In this document: in pieces, positions 19,876-30,459 of the stretch
How positions within the stretch are numbered: position 1 is the stretch's first letter
Layout of the letters: each line of letters begins with the position of its first letter
Assembly: GCA_038727515.1 (NCBI GenBank)
Contig: JAVYVS010000005.1
Location: forward strand, 1 to 64,000
DNA from: Candidatus Methanomethylicia archaeon
GTDB lineage: Archaea; Thermoproteota; Methanomethylicia; Culexarchaeales; Culexarchaeaceae
Reading direction: 5' to 3'
DNA: 64,000 bases
Position numbers and translations under genes: made by a program
The notes under the pieces: generated by a model
Told to the model about the DNA's origin: nothing
Database searches by the model: none
Seen by the model: the letters and a program-made list of their open reading frames with translations, nothing else

Positions 19876-21138
19876 ATGAAATCATTTACATCAACCATAA
19901 TTAATGATGCTTTAGCAAGAAAATGTTTCAATAGTAGAGGTGAAGTGTCTGTAGAAGTAGAAATATATACTGAAAGTGGTTTTGGATCTTTTATATCCCC
20001 CTCTGGAGCTAGCAAAGGCATGTATGAAGTTCCCAGTTTCCCGTCCGGCGGTGTTGATGAAGCGTTAAACCTTTTCGAAGAACTTGTAGCCCCTGAAATT
20101 GTAGGTATGGATTCTATTAATCAATTTGAATTGGATAAAACTTTAAAAGAAATTGATGGAACACCTAATTTTAGTAAAATTGGTGGGTCCTTGGCTATAG
20201 CAACATCTATTGCTAATGCCACAGCAGCAGCTAACTCTCTATTGATACCCTTATACAGATATATTGGCGGTGTAGGTTCTAATCAATTGCCAATACCTAT
20301 TGGTAATGTTGTTGGTGGTGGCAAACATACTCATGTTAAAGGTCTAGATATACAAGAAATTTTAATAATACCTTATGGAGGGTCTTCCTTCATAGACTTA
20401 GCTTTAGCTAATATAAAAGTTTATATGGAACTAATAAAATCTGCACCACCAGGAGTATTTTATGGTAAAAATGATGAAGGTGCCTTAGTAACCACATCTA
20501 ACGTATTTGATATACTTAATTTTGTAAAAAAGGCTTGTGTAAAGGTATTTGAAGAAAATAAAATAAACTTTTACTTAGGTTTAGATGTTGCTGCTACTTC
20601 TTTATGGAATCCTACTTCACGTAAATATTGCTTAGCTGGAGTTGGTAAATGTTATACTGAGGATGAATTTTACAAGTTTATTTTTAATCTTATAGAGGAA
20701 TTTAACATTTTCTACATTGAGGATCCATTTATGGAAAATGCCTTCGATTTATTTGCGAGATTACGTGAGGAAACTGATAATTGTATAATATGCAGCGATG
20801 ATTTAACAGCGACCAATGTTGAGAGAATAAAGTATGGTGCATCTTTAAAAGCATTTGACGCTGTTATAATAAAACCAAATCAGGTAGGTACACTAACAGA
20901 TGCATTGTATGCTGTAAGAAAAGTGTTTTCATATGGTTTAATTCCAATTTGTTCCCATAGATCTGGGGATACTCCTGATGTTTTTCTTTCACATTTTGCT
21001 GTTGCCACAAATTCACCTATGGTTAAATGTGGTATTGTTGGAGGTGAAAGAATATCTAAAATAAATGAATTTATAAGAATTGAAGAAGATTTAGGTGAAA
21101 ACGCTAGGATAGCTGAGCTGGAGGTGTTATTAAAATGA
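19876..21138 (+). CDS. eno: Enolase
   Basis: NSRG, PSGAS, GGKH, QE, DEG, LDVAA, IEDP, DDL, KPNQ.GT, SHRSG, ER..K. Confidence 0.93.
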   Translation: MKSFTSTIINDALARKCFNSRGEVSVEVEIYTESGFGSFISPSGASKGMYEVPSFPSGGVDEALNLFEELVAPEIVGMDSINQFELDKTLKEIDGTPNFSKIGGSLAIATSIANATAAANSLLIPLYRYIGGVGSNQLPIPIGNVVGGGKHTHVKGLDIQEILIIPYGGSSFIDLALANIKVYMELIKSAPPGVFYGKNDEGALVTTSNVFDILNFVKKACVKVFEENKINFYLGLDVAATSLWNPTSRKYCLAGVGKCYTEDEFYKFIFNLIEEFNIFYIEDPFMENAFDLFARLREETDNCIICSDDLTATNVERIKYGASLKAFDAVIIKPNQVGTLTDALYAVRKVFSYGLIPICSHRSGDTPDVFLSHFAVATNSPMVKCGIVGGERISKINEFIRIEEDLGENARIAELEVLLK

Positions 21139-21755
21139 CAACCCCTCAATACTCGGATTTACTTGTACCCTTAGAACTATACTTATCCACTGGTGTACAT
21201 ATAGGCACTAGAATAAAAACTAAATCTATGATGCCATTTATCTATAGAGTTAGACCTGATGGATTATATGTTTTAGATGTGAAAAAAATTGATGAACGTA
21301 TACGTATAGCTGCAAAATTTATATCAAGATTTCCACCACATAAAGTTTGTGCAGTTTCCTCTAGGCAATATGGTTGGAGACCCGTTGAGCAATTTTGTTC
21401 TTTAATTGGTGGGATTCCTATTACTGGTAGATTTATACCTGGTACTTTTACAAATCCCAGCCTACCGTATTATAAGGAACCATCCGTTATAATAGTTTCA
21501 GATCCTAGAGCTGATGAACAAGCTATTAGTGAAGCTATGGATATGGGGATACCTGTTGTTGCTCTTTGCGATACTGAAAATATTGCTTCAGGTGTGGAGC
21601 TTATAATACCAGTTAATAACAAAGGTAGGAAAGCTTTGGCTTTAACTTATTGGATATTAGCTAGACAAGTTCTAAGGGAAAGAGGAGATATTCCTCCAGA
21701 TGGAGATATCTCACTCTCAGTAGAAGACTTTGAAGCAAAACCGGAAGCTTATTAG
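21135..21755 (+). CDS. rps2: 30S ribosomal protein S2 (uS2)
   Basis: [23 protein letters not shown]. Confidence 0.97.
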   Translation: MTTPQYSDLLVPLELYLSTGVHIGTRIKTKSMMPFIYRVRPDGLYVLDVKKIDERIRIAAKFISRFPPHKVCAVSSRQYGWRPVEQFCSLIGGIPITGRFIPGTFTNPSLPYYKEPSVIIVSDPRADEQAISEAMDMGIPVVALCDTENIASGVELIIPVNNKGRKALALTYWILARQVLRERGDIPPDGDISLSVEDFEAKPEAY

Positions 21756-21919
21756 AAGTAAATGGTAAATATTCATGGGCTATTTCATGAAAGAATACCA
21801 GCCATTATAAAATATTATAACGACCATCGTATTTGAATTTATATTTATTATATGATAATCTATGAACTAGGATAAATATTGATTTAAATAATTCTTTACT
21901 ACAATATATTTTGACAATT

Positions 21920-22765
21920 ATGTTGGTTAGAAATCCTGCTGTAGCTGGATTATTTTATGAAGGATTTAAAGAAGATTTATTGAAACAGATTGAGTGGTGT
22001 TTTCATCATAAACTTGGTCCTGGTGTAATTCCGGAAGTTAAAGATTCATTTACCGGAAATTTAATAGGAGTTATAGTTCCTCATGCAGGGTATATATACT
22101 CAGGACCTGTAGCTGCTTGGGGGTATAAAGCAATAGCTGAAAATGGGAAACCTGAATCTTTTATCATACTTGGACCAAATCATTCGGGTATGGGAGCCCC
22201 TATAGCTATTATGAGAGAAGGTATCTGGAAAACTCCTTTAGGTGAAGTTGAAATTGACAAAGAATTAAGCGATGAATTATTGAAAAAATCAGACATTTTA
22301 GAGGATGATTTTTCAGCTCACATTAATGAACATTCAATAGAAGTTCAACTTCCATTTTTACAATACTTATTTGGTGGAATAAAGTTTGTTCCAATATGTT
22401 TAATGCTACAAAATCAAGAGGTATCTGTAATGCTTGGAAAGTGTTTGTCTGATGTTGTTAAAGATAGAAAAGTCGTTATAATAGCATCCACAGATTTTTC
22501 TCATTATGAAAGATATGAAACTGCATTTAAAAATGATTCATTAATAATTGATAGGATATTAAGTTTGGATGTGGAAGGATTTTTCAAAGTTTATTATTCA
22601 AGAAGAGTTTCTATGTGTGGTCCGGGTCCTGTAAGTGCGTTAATCGTGGCTGCAAAAAACCTTGGGGCAAAACATGTGACTAAATTAAAATATGCAACTT
22701 CTGGAGATACTTCAGGTAACATGTCTTCTGTAGTTGGGTATTCATCAATAGCATTTCTAAGGTGA
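21920..22765 (+). CDS. MEMO1 family protein (AmmeMemoRadiSam protein B)
   Basis: PAVAGLFY, PHAGYIYSG, GPNH, EHSIEVQLPFLQ, STDFSHY, MCG, VVGY. Confidence 0.94.
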   Translation: MLVRNPAVAGLFYEGFKEDLLKQIEWCFHHKLGPGVIPEVKDSFTGNLIGVIVPHAGYIYSGPVAAWGYKAIAENGKPESFIILGPNHSGMGAPIAIMREGIWKTPLGEVEIDKELSDELLKKSDILEDDFSAHINEHSIEVQLPFLQYLFGGIKFVPICLMLQNQEVSVMLGKCLSDVVKDRKVVIIASTDFSHYERYETAFKNDSLIIDRILSLDVEGFFKVYYSRRVSMCGPGPVSALIVAAKNLGAKHVTKLKYATSGDTSGNMSSVVGYSSIAFLR

Positions 22766-22769
22766 CCCT

Positions 22770-23741
22770 ATGGTATTGGCATCTGCACCTGCAAAGATCA
22801 TATTATTTGGAGAACATTTCGTAGTCTCGGATAGGCTAGCAATAGCAGCAGCCATAGATTTAAGGGCGAAAGTTGAAGCTAATTTTAATGATTCTAAATT
22901 TTTTTCATTTTTGTCAAAGAAAAATAATTTTAAAATTGATGTCAATTTTGATGATGTTGTTAATGGACGTATAAACAATTACAATAGTTTTTTCAAGCCA
23001 TTATTATTTATTCTCTATGAAATTTCTAAATGTTTAAAATTAGAACGTGGTATAGATTTTATTATTGATAGTGATATTCCAATTGGTGTTGGATTAGGAT
23101 CTTCAGCAGCTGTTTCCGTGGCTTTCTCTGCCGCTACCTTAAAACTTTTAAATTATAACTTTGGTATGAAAGATATTATTATTTTTGCTTCTAAAGGTGA
23201 ATCTTTAGCTCATGAAAGACCTAGTGGAATTGATCCAACAATATCAACTTTAGGAGGAATTTTAGTTTATAGACGCTCTGAAGGCTTTAGGACATTAGAC
23301 GTCTCTATTAATAATCCAGTAATTATAGGTGTAACTAATGAATCAAGGTCTACAGCTAAAATGGTTATGAAAGTTTTAAATTTTAAGGCAAAGTATCCTA
23401 AAATATTTGATTTCCTATATGAAGCAAATGACATAATTGTCTATGAAGCAATTGAAGCATTAAAATCTAATGACCTCCTTAAAATAGGAGAGTTAATGAA
23501 TATCGCACATGGACTTTTATCCTCCATTGGGGTTTCAAGTTTAAGTTTAGAACGTTTGATTTATGCTGCAAGAAATGCTGGTGCTTATGGAGCAAAGATA
23601 ACTGGTGCTGGTGGAGGTGGTGCTATGATTGCAGTTTGTGATAGTGAAAAAATTGGGTTGGTCTCCAAAGCTATTAAAGATAATGGTGGTAGCGTGATAT
23701 CTTCATATATTTCAAATTGTGGTGTAAAAATTCATGAATAA
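22770..23741 (+). CDS. mvk: Mevalonate kinase
   Basis: PAKIILFGEH, PIGVGLGSSAA, PSGID, KITGAGGGG. Confidence 0.95.
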   Translation: MVLASAPAKIILFGEHFVVSDRLAIAAAIDLRAKVEANFNDSKFFSFLSKKNNFKIDVNFDDVVNGRINNYNSFFKPLLFILYEISKCLKLERGIDFIIDSDIPIGVGLGSSAAVSVAFSAATLKLLNYNFGMKDIIIFASKGESLAHERPSGIDPTISTLGGILVYRRSEGFRTLDVSINNPVIIGVTNESRSTAKMVMKVLNFKAKYPKIFDFLYEANDIIVYEAIEALKSNDLLKIGELMNIAHGLLSSIGVSSLSLERLIYAARNAGAYGAKITGAGGGGAMIAVCDSEKIGLVSKAIKDNGGSVISSYISNCGVKIHE

Positions 23742-24543
23742 TCTGGGTAAAAAATCTATAATAGTTAAACTAGGTGGAAGTGTAATAACATTAAAGGATA
23801 AATTTGAATCAGCAAATATACCTGTTATACGTAGAATTATTTCTGAACTTTTAGAAGTAAAATTGCTTTTCCCTCTTATAATTGTTCATGGTGGCGGATC
23901 CTTTGGGCACCCTCATGCATATAAATACAAACTTCATGAGGGATTTAAGAACAGTGATCAATTATTTGGAGTCGTAAAAACCCGTGAAGCAATGTTACGT
24001 TTAAACAGCATTGTTTGTAACGAGCTTTTGAATGCTGGATTTCAACCTTTTCCTTTTCAACCATCGTCTTTTATAGCAACACGCAATGGTGAAATAGAAA
24101 TTGCAGATATCTCTTTAGTAGAATGGGCTATGAAATTAGGTTTTACACCAGTACTTTATGGAGATATTGTACTTGACTATGAACATGGATTCTACATACT
24201 TTCAGGAGATAAAATTTGTTCATATTTAGTAACAAAGCTTAATGTTGAGAGAGTGGTGTTTGCTTGTGATGTTGATGGGATATATACATCTGATCCTAAA
24301 AGGGATCCTGCTGCGAAATTAGTTAGAAAACTAACATTAAGTGAAATTTCAAAATTTTTGGATAATGTTTTTTCAACATATACTTTTGATGTTACTGGAG
24401 GTATGAGGAGTAAGCTTATTGAAGCTAGGAAAATCGTTTCAATGGGTGTTGAAGTACGTATTGTGAATGCATTGATTCCTGGTAGACTTATAAGTGCGAT
24501 ACGAGATCAAGATTTCTATGGGAGTAAAGTCGTTTTAAATTAA
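23734..24543 (+). CDS. ipk: Isopentenyl phosphate kinase
   Basis: KLGGSVIT.K, HGGGSFGH, SGD, DVDG, DVTGGM. Confidence 0.94.
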   Translation: MNNLGKKSIIVKLGGSVITLKDKFESANIPVIRRIISELLEVKLLFPLIIVHGGGSFGHPHAYKYKLHEGFKNSDQLFGVVKTREAMLRLNSIVCNELLNAGFQPFPFQPSSFIATRNGEIEIADISLVEWAMKLGFTPVLYGDIVLDYEHGFYILSGDKICSYLVTKLNVERVVFACDVDGIYTSDPKRDPAAKLVRKLTLSEISKFLDNVFSTYTFDVTGGMRSKLIEARKIVSMGVEVRIVNALIPGRLISAIRDQDFYGSKVVLN

Positions 24544-24600
24544 TACTTAACAAATGTTATTTACTGAGTTTTACATTATTATTTTCTGAGTGGATATAGT

Positions 24601-25704
24601 ATGATTACGCAGAGGAAAATAGACCACATAGAAATATGCCTTTCATATCCTGTAGAATTTAGATATAATAGAACTTTGTTTGAAGATGTTAAACTTATTC
24701 ATAATTCTTTACCACAAATAAACTTAAGCGATATAGATACGACAACAACATTTTTAGGTCATAAGTTAAATGCCCCAATAATTATCTCTGCAATGACCGG
24801 TGGAAGTGAAGAAGCTTATAAAATAAATTCAATTTTAGCATCTGTAGCTGAAAAATTAGGTATTGGTATGGGCGTTGGCAGTCAGAGGGTAGCTATAGAA
24901 AAACCGGAATGGTCTTATACGTTCTCTGTGGTTCGTGAAGTAGCTCCGAATGCTTTTATAATAGGTAACTTGGGTGCAGCTCAACTTGGTCTAAATTACG
25001 GTATAGTTGAAATACAAAAAGCCATTGATATGGTTAAAGCAGATGCTTTTGCCATTCACTTTAACCCACTTCAAGAAGCCATTCAACATGAGGGAGAGCC
25101 ATTTTATTATGGCGTATTGGAGAAAATTAAGTCTTTAATTCCTTATTTAAAAATACCATTAATAGCAAAAGAGACCGGTTCTGGTTTTTCCCGTGAAGCT
25201 GCATTAAAACTTTATGAAACTGGGTTTTCAGCCATTGATATAGCAGGGGCTGGTGGAACAAGCTGGGCAGCTGTTGAATACTATAGGTCTATGAAATTAG
25301 GTGATGAAGAATGTGCACATTTAGCTTATACATTTTGGGATTGGGGTATACCTACAGCTGCAAGTTTGTGTGAAGTTAAATATGCTATTAATTTACCTAT
25401 TATAGCAAGTGGTGGCATAAGATCTGGAATTGATGCAGCAAAAGCCATAGCTCTAGGTGCTGATTGCGTAGGTATAGCTCTTCCTTTACTCAAAATGGTT
25501 ATTGAAGGTGGATTTGAAGGTGTTTACAATTATATCAAGCATTTTATAAGAGAACTAAAGATTTCAATGTTCCTTGTAGGTGCTAAAACTATTGAAGAAC
25601 TAAAAAATATACCATTAGTCATAACTGGAAATTTAAGGGAATGGTTATCTTCCAGAGGAATTCCACTTGAAATTTACGAGAAAAAGACGAAAAATATATT
25701 ATAA
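24601..25704 (+). CDS. fni: Type 2 isopentenyl-diphosphate delta-isomerase
   Basis: RKIDHI, MTGG, GSQR, NPLQE, KETG, GGTSW, SGGIR. Confidence 0.96.
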   Translation: MITQRKIDHIEICLSYPVEFRYNRTLFEDVKLIHNSLPQINLSDIDTTTTFLGHKLNAPIIISAMTGGSEEAYKINSILASVAEKLGIGMGVGSQRVAIEKPEWSYTFSVVREVAPNAFIIGNLGAAQLGLNYGIVEIQKAIDMVKADAFAIHFNPLQEAIQHEGEPFYYGVLEKIKSLIPYLKIPLIAKETGSGFSREAALKLYETGFSAIDIAGAGGTSWAAVEYYRSMKLGDEECAHLAYTFWDWGIPTAASLCEVKYAINLPIIASGGIRSGIDAAKAIALGADCVGIALPLLKMVIEGGFEGVYNYIKHFIRELKISMFLVGAKTIEELKNIPLVITGNLREWLSSRGIPLEIYEKKTKNIL

Positions 25705-25734
25705 CAGTTAATCATTTGTTTTGTAAGGACCTAT

Positions 25735-26742
25735 ATGAAGATTCAAGAAGCTCTTAACTCTTTTCAAAGTATCTTTTCAAAGTATCTTAATAAATTCCTC
25801 CCAGACGATTTATTACCACAGGATTTATACTCTGCATCTAAACATCTCTTAAAATCTGGTGGGAAAAGATTAAGACCATTTCTACTTTATCAATCTTGTA
25901 AAATTGTTGGCGGTGATGTTGAATCGATAATGCCTGCTGCTATATCAATTGAACTTATACATAATTTCACATTAGTTCATGATGATATTATGGATAAAGA
26001 TGAATTTAGACGTGGTGTACCTACAGTACACGTTTTATGGGGAATACCTTTAGCAATACTTGCAGGTGACCTCCTCCTATCAAAGGCTTTTGAAATATTT
26101 TTTGAATGCGCTACATCACCAAAAATAGATCGTAATCGACTAATAGATTCTGCAAAGAAACTTGCTCATGCAATAACTGTTGTAGCTGAGGGACAAGCGT
26201 TAGATATTAGTTTTGAAGGAAAGCTATTTAGCAACTTAATCACTGAGGCAGATTATTTGAACATGATTTATAAGAAAACAGCAACTTTAATCAAAGTTTC
26301 TTGTGAGATTGGCGGATTACTTGGCATGGGCGATCTATCTATCGTAGAAGCATTATCAAAATATGGTGAGAATATAGGTATGGCATTTCAAATGCATGAT
26401 GATATTCTTGGCATAATTGGAGATGAAAAAACCTTGGGTAAACCTGTGGGTAGCGATCTTCGAGATGGAAAATGTACATTAGTACTTTTACATGCTGCTA
26501 AAAATTGTGATGAAAATCAGAAAAAGCTTCTTCTAAAGTATTACGGTAAAAAAGATTTAACGATATTTGAATTAAATGAAGTCATAGACATACTAAATGA
26601 GTTAGGATCCATAAATTATGTTTCATCTCTTGCTAAAAATTATGTTTCTCTAGCTAAAAATGCTTTAAACGTTTTACCTAAATCTGAAGATAGAGATATA
26701 TTAATGGAAATTGCTGATTATATAGTTTTAAGAGGTTACTAA
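25735..26742 (+). CDS. idsA: Geranylgeranyl diphosphate synthase
   Basis: GGKRLRP, HDDIMD..RRG, KT, FQMHDD, GKPVGSD. Confidence 0.94.
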   Translation: MKIQEALNSFQSIFSKYLNKFLPDDLLPQDLYSASKHLLKSGGKRLRPFLLYQSCKIVGGDVESIMPAAISIELIHNFTLVHDDIMDKDEFRRGVPTVHVLWGIPLAILAGDLLLSKAFEIFFECATSPKIDRNRLIDSAKKLAHAITVVAEGQALDISFEGKLFSNLITEADYLNMIYKKTATLIKVSCEIGGLLGMGDLSIVEALSKYGENIGMAFQMHDDILGIIGDEKTLGKPVGSDLRDGKCTLVLLHAAKNCDENQKKLLLKYYGKKDLTIFELNEVIDILNELGSINYVSSLAKNYVSLAKNALNVLPKSEDRDILMEIADYIVLRGY

Positions 26743-26745
26743 GGT

Positions 26746-27240
26746 TTGAGGTGGCTTACTATACCTCGTATCTTTATTAAGAGAAATATTTCTGATTATG
26801 AAAACATTAGGAATTTTTTGATTATAAAAGATGATTATGTGGAGATAGCTTCACGTACAAATAATATTGCTCATTTATTCAATGAAATTTATGTTGAGGA
26901 AGTTTATGATGATTCTTACAAATATTTTCTAGATTTTGAAAATAATAAGTTATGTAGGGATGTTTGTGTTATTGTTAGTAATAATGCATTATTCTTGGAT
27001 ACAAATGCGAAAATCTCTTTGAGAGAATTTATTGGTAGAAATATAGTCCCTCTAGTTTCGGTAGGTGAAATAGTTAATAAGTCCTCTCGTCTAGTTGCAA
27101 TTTTTACTGGTAAGCGTGAACTTAGATATGGACTTTCCACATGTTCAGGAATAGTCTTCTATTTTACTCAAACAGAATATAAACCTCAAAAGTATTTATT
27201 TGTGATTTCAGAAGATGTAAAGGTGAAAAAAGTTGTTTGA
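26746..27240 (+). CDS. DUF2118 family protein (lipoyl/biotinyl-carrier-like hybrid fold)
   Basis: PLVSVGEIV...TGKRELR...GIVFY pattern; position between idsA and gltX. Confidence 0.65.
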   Translation: MRWLTIPRIFIKRNISDYENIRNFLIIKDDYVEIASRTNNIAHLFNEIYVEEVYDDSYKYFLDFENNKLCRDVCVIVSNNALFLDTNAKISLREFIGRNIVPLVSVGEIVNKSSRLVAIFTGKRELRYGLSTCSGIVFYFTQTEYKPQKYLFVISEDVKVKKVV

Positions 27241-29002
27241 ATTCACTAAAGATATTGAACAAATAATCCTCAAACATGCACTTTTAAACGCATATAAACA
27301 TGGTGGTAAAGCCCAAATTAATGCTGTTTTATCGAAATTTCTTAGTGAATTACCTCAATATAGGGTACATGTTAAAACTATACTACCTTATGTTGAAAAA
27401 ATAGTAGCTGAAGTCAACAATATGCCTATCGAAGTTCAAAAAGATATTTTATCGAAAAATTGGCCTGAAACTCTTGCATCCACTAAACCTGTTGTTGAAG
27501 AAAAGAGACTTCCCCCATTACCAAATGTTGATAGGGTAAAGCTGGTTAAAACGAGATTCGCACCAAATCCCGATGCTCCTCTACATCTTGGTAGTGCTCG
27601 ACCAATAATACTTTGTTATGAGTACGCAAAAATGTATAATGGTAAATTCGTGTTAAGATTTGAAGATACGGATCCCAAAACAAAACCTCCAGTACTAGAA
27701 TTTTATGAAATGATTAAAGAAGATTTGCTTTGGCTTGGGGCTAAGTGGGATGAATTATATATTCAATCAGATAGAATGCAAATATATTATGAATTCTCTC
27801 GTAAATTACTTGAAATGAATGCTGCATATGTATGTACGTGTTCTGCTGATACATTTAAAAAGTATAAAATTGCTGCTAAAAATTGTCCTTGTCGAAATAG
27901 AAGTATTGAGGAAAATATTGATTTATGGGAAAAAATGATTAATGGTTTTTTTGATGAAGGTAAGGCGGTTGTTAGAATAAAGACTAGTATGTCACATCCT
28001 AATCCATCGGTTAGAGATTGGGTTGCTTTTAGAATCATCGATGTTAAACGTTGGCCTCATCCAAGAACTGGGGATAAATATTGTGTTTGGCCTACATATA
28101 ATTTTGCATGTGCTATAGATGATCATCTTATGAATATTACACATATACTTAGAGGTAGAGAGCATGCTATAAATACCATCAAACAAGAGTATATATTCAA
28201 TTATTTTGGGTGGGAGTATCCAGAGGCAATACACTTTGGAAAAATGAAATTGAGTGGTTGGATCTTAAGTAAGTCTAAGATTGCTGAAGGAGTGAAACAT
28301 GGAGTATACAAGTCTTGGGATGATCCAAGACTTGGAACTTTAGCTGCCCTTAAAAGACGCGGATTTAAACCTGAGGCTATAAGAGAATTAATATTGAGTA
28401 TTGGGATAAAGCCTACATCTGCATCAATTTCTCTAGAAAATCTATATTCCATAAATAGACGTTTTGTTGAATCTGAAGCTAATAGACACTTCTTTATTCC
28501 ACTTCCATTATTTAAATTAAAAATCTTAAATGTAACTTCCAAGTTAGAAGCTAGAATACCTTTACATCCAAGTTATGTAGAAAGAGGCTATAGAACTGTT
28601 ACTGTTACACCTATTGATAACATACTTTGGGTTTATATTTCTGAGTCTGATGCTAAAAATTTAAAGATCGGGGAAGTATATAGGTTAATGGGGTTACTGA
28701 ATTTTAGAGTGGTAAAAATTGATTATAATTCTCAAATAGTCGAAGGATTTCTATGTGATAGTAATGTTGATTTCTTGAAACATAAAGGTGAACAAAGAAT
28801 AATACATTGGCTTCCCTCAGAGGGTAATGTTAACGCCATAATTATAATGCCAGATGCCACTGAAGAAAGAGGTATATGTAATTATGAATGTATTAATCTC
28901 AAAATTAATGAGGTTATACAATTTATGAGGTTTGGGTTTGTTAAGGTTGATAAGATACTTTTTGACCAATCTGAAATCTTATTTTACTATCTACATCCGT
29001 GA
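27233..29002 (+). CDS. gltX: Glutamate--tRNA ligase
   Basis: RFAPNP..PLHLG, LRFEDTDP, THILRG, LSKS, WDDPRL, QFMRFGF. Confidence 0.97.
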   Translation: MFEFTKDIEQIILKHALLNAYKHGGKAQINAVLSKFLSELPQYRVHVKTILPYVEKIVAEVNNMPIEVQKDILSKNWPETLASTKPVVEEKRLPPLPNVDRVKLVKTRFAPNPDAPLHLGSARPIILCYEYAKMYNGKFVLRFEDTDPKTKPPVLEFYEMIKEDLLWLGAKWDELYIQSDRMQIYYEFSRKLLEMNAAYVCTCSADTFKKYKIAAKNCPCRNRSIEENIDLWEKMINGFFDEGKAVVRIKTSMSHPNPSVRDWVAFRIIDVKRWPHPRTGDKYCVWPTYNFACAIDDHLMNITHILRGREHAINTIKQEYIFNYFGWEYPEAIHFGKMKLSGWILSKSKIAEGVKHGVYKSWDDPRLGTLAALKRRGFKPEAIRELILSIGIKPTSASISLENLYSINRRFVESEANRHFFIPLPLFKLKILNVTSKLEARIPLHPSYVERGYRTVTVTPIDNILWVYISESDAKNLKIGEVYRLMGLLNFRVVKIDYNSQIVEGFLCDSNVDFLKHKGEQRIIHWLPSEGNVNAIIIMPDATEERGICNYECINLKINEVIQFMRFGFVKVDKILFDQSEILFYYLHP

Positions 29003-29011
29003 CTTATTATA

Positions 29012-29025
29012 AAAAAGTTTAAAAA
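29012..29025 (+). promoter_or_regulatory. BRE/TATA promoter of the rpl7ae operon
   Basis: AAAAAG-TTTAAAAA about 50 nt upstream of the rpl7ae ATG. Confidence 0.6.
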
Positions 29026-29043
29026 TGAGTTTCTTTACTCCTA

Positions 29044-29084
29044 TTTAGATGATTCAATGAATTGGATGTGAGATGATGTCTAAA
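29044..29084 (+). promoter_or_regulatory. Putative K-turn hairpin in the rpl7ae 5' UTR (autoregulatory L7Ae site)
   Basis: TTTAGAT-GA-TTCAA-TGAA-TTGGA-TGT-GA-GATGAT-GTCTAAA: outer 7-bp stem, tandem GA pairs, 3-nt bulge; covers the start codon. Confidence 0.55.
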
Positions 29085-29477
29085 ACTAAAGGAAAACCAT
29101 TTTATGTTAGATTTGATGTCCCCTCTGAACTTGCGGAAAAGGGATATGAAGCTCTGAAAATTGCAAAAGATACTGGAAAAATAAAGAAGGGTACAAATGA
29201 AACCACAAAAGCTGTAGAACGGGGATTTGCAAAACTAGTTTTAATAGCTGAAGATGTAGATCCGCCAGAGATAGTTGCTCATTTACCTCTACTTTGTGAA
29301 GAACGCAAAATACCTTACTTATATGTTCCAAGTAAAGCTAAACTTGGGCAGAGTGCCGGGATTGATATTGCAGCAGCATCTGCATGTATTTTAGATCCGG
29401 GTGGCGCAAGTAAGATTGTTGAAGAAATAATCTCTGAAATTAACAAGATAAAAGCTGGAGAAGGGAAAAAAGGTTGA
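29073..29477 (+). CDS. rpl7ae: 50S ribosomal protein L7Ae
   Basis: [28 protein letters not shown]. Confidence 0.97.
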   Translation: MMSKTKGKPFYVRFDVPSELAEKGYEALKIAKDTGKIKKGTNETTKAVERGFAKLVLIAEDVDPPEIVAHLPLLCEERKIPYLYVPSKAKLGQSAGIDIAAASACILDPGGASKIVEEIISEINKIKAGEGKKG

Positions 29478-29506
29478 TTAACAATTGCTAGCTAGGAGGT
29501 TATATT

Positions 29507-29725
29507 GTGAGCACCTCTTCAACTGATGCAACCCCTGCAGAGGTTATTCAAATAATTGGTAGAACTGGAGTTACTGGAGAAGTTATTCAAGTAAGAGTGA
29601 GAGTTCTCGAAGGTAAGGATAAAGGTAGAGTTATTACAAGGAATGTAAAAGGACCCGTACGTCTTGGAGACATATTGATGTTACGTGAGACGGAAAGAGA
29701 GGCGCGTAAACTCACTCCAAGATAG
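29507..29725 (+). CDS. rps28e: 30S ribosomal protein S28e
   Basis: [25 protein letters not shown]. Confidence 0.97.
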   Translation: MSTSSTDATPAEVIQIIGRTGVTGEVIQVRVRVLEGKDKGRVITRNVKGPVRLGDILMLRETEREARKLTPR

Positions 29726-29737
29726 GTTGTGATACTA

Positions 29738-29929
29738 ATGAGCATAACTACTAGACGTTGTAGTTTCTGTGGAAGGAACGTACCTAGGGGAAAGGGTATA
29801 TTATACGTGAAAACTGATGGATCTACCCTCTTTTTTTGTTCAAGTAAGTGTAGAAAAAGTATGTTATATCTTTCTAGAAAACCAAGTAAGATGAAATGGA
29901 TTACTAAATCTACTAAACAAACTAAATAA
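29738..29929 (+). CDS. rpl24e: 50S ribosomal protein L24e
   Basis: CSFCG...G.G...FCSSKC...KW. Confidence 0.95.
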   Translation: MSITTRRCSFCGRNVPRGKGILYVKTDGSTLFFCSSKCRKSMLYLSRKPSKMKWITKSTKQTK

Positions 29930-29953
29930 TTAATTTTATATGAGGTGTAGTAA

Positions 29954-30394
29954 ATGCGTGAAAGAACATTAGTCTTAATTAAACCAGATGGCGTACGCAG
30001 GGGATTAATTGGTGAAATTATAAGTAGGATTGAACGTAAAGGATTAAGAATTATTGGTTTAAAAATGTTAGTTTTAAATAAGGAAAGCGCTGAAGAATTT
30101 TATCACATGCATCGTGGTAAACCATTTTTTGATGAACTTATTAAGCATATAACGTCTGGTCCTGTAGTAGCTATTGCGGTTGAAGGAGATTTTGCTGTTA
30201 CAGTTATTAGGAACATGGTAGGTGCAACATCTCCTTATCAAGCTGCTCCGGGAACTATTCGGGGCGATTATGGTTTAAGCTTAACATTAAATGTTGTTCA
30301 TGCATCAGATAATGTTGAAAATGGTTTAAGAGAAATAAAACTTATATTTAATAGTGATGAACTAATCCAATTTGATGATAAAAATTCATCATAA
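29954..30394 (+). CDS. ndk: Nucleoside diphosphate kinase
   Basis: IKPDG, GTIRGD, NVVHASD. Confidence 0.97.
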   Translation: MRERTLVLIKPDGVRRGLIGEIISRIERKGLRIIGLKMLVLNKESAEEFYHMHRGKPFFDELIKHITSGPVVAIAVEGDFAVTVIRNMVGATSPYQAAPGTIRGDYGLSLTLNVVHASDNVENGLREIKLIFNSDELIQFDDKNSS

Positions 30395-30459
30395 TATTAT
30401 CTACAGAAAGTTTTTAACTTTCTTTTTCTTACCTTATTTCTTTGATTACGTATAGGTAG

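Noticed and set aside
19876-21138. Divergent enolase as a possible pseudo-enzyme
   Set aside because: The catalytic and metal-binding residues (His, Glu, Asp, Lys, SHRS) all appear to be present.
21756-21910. Larger intergenic gaps (also 54517-54677 and 2211-2321) as ncRNA or CRISPR candidates
   Set aside because: AT-rich, with no repeats, stable stems or box motifs recognised.
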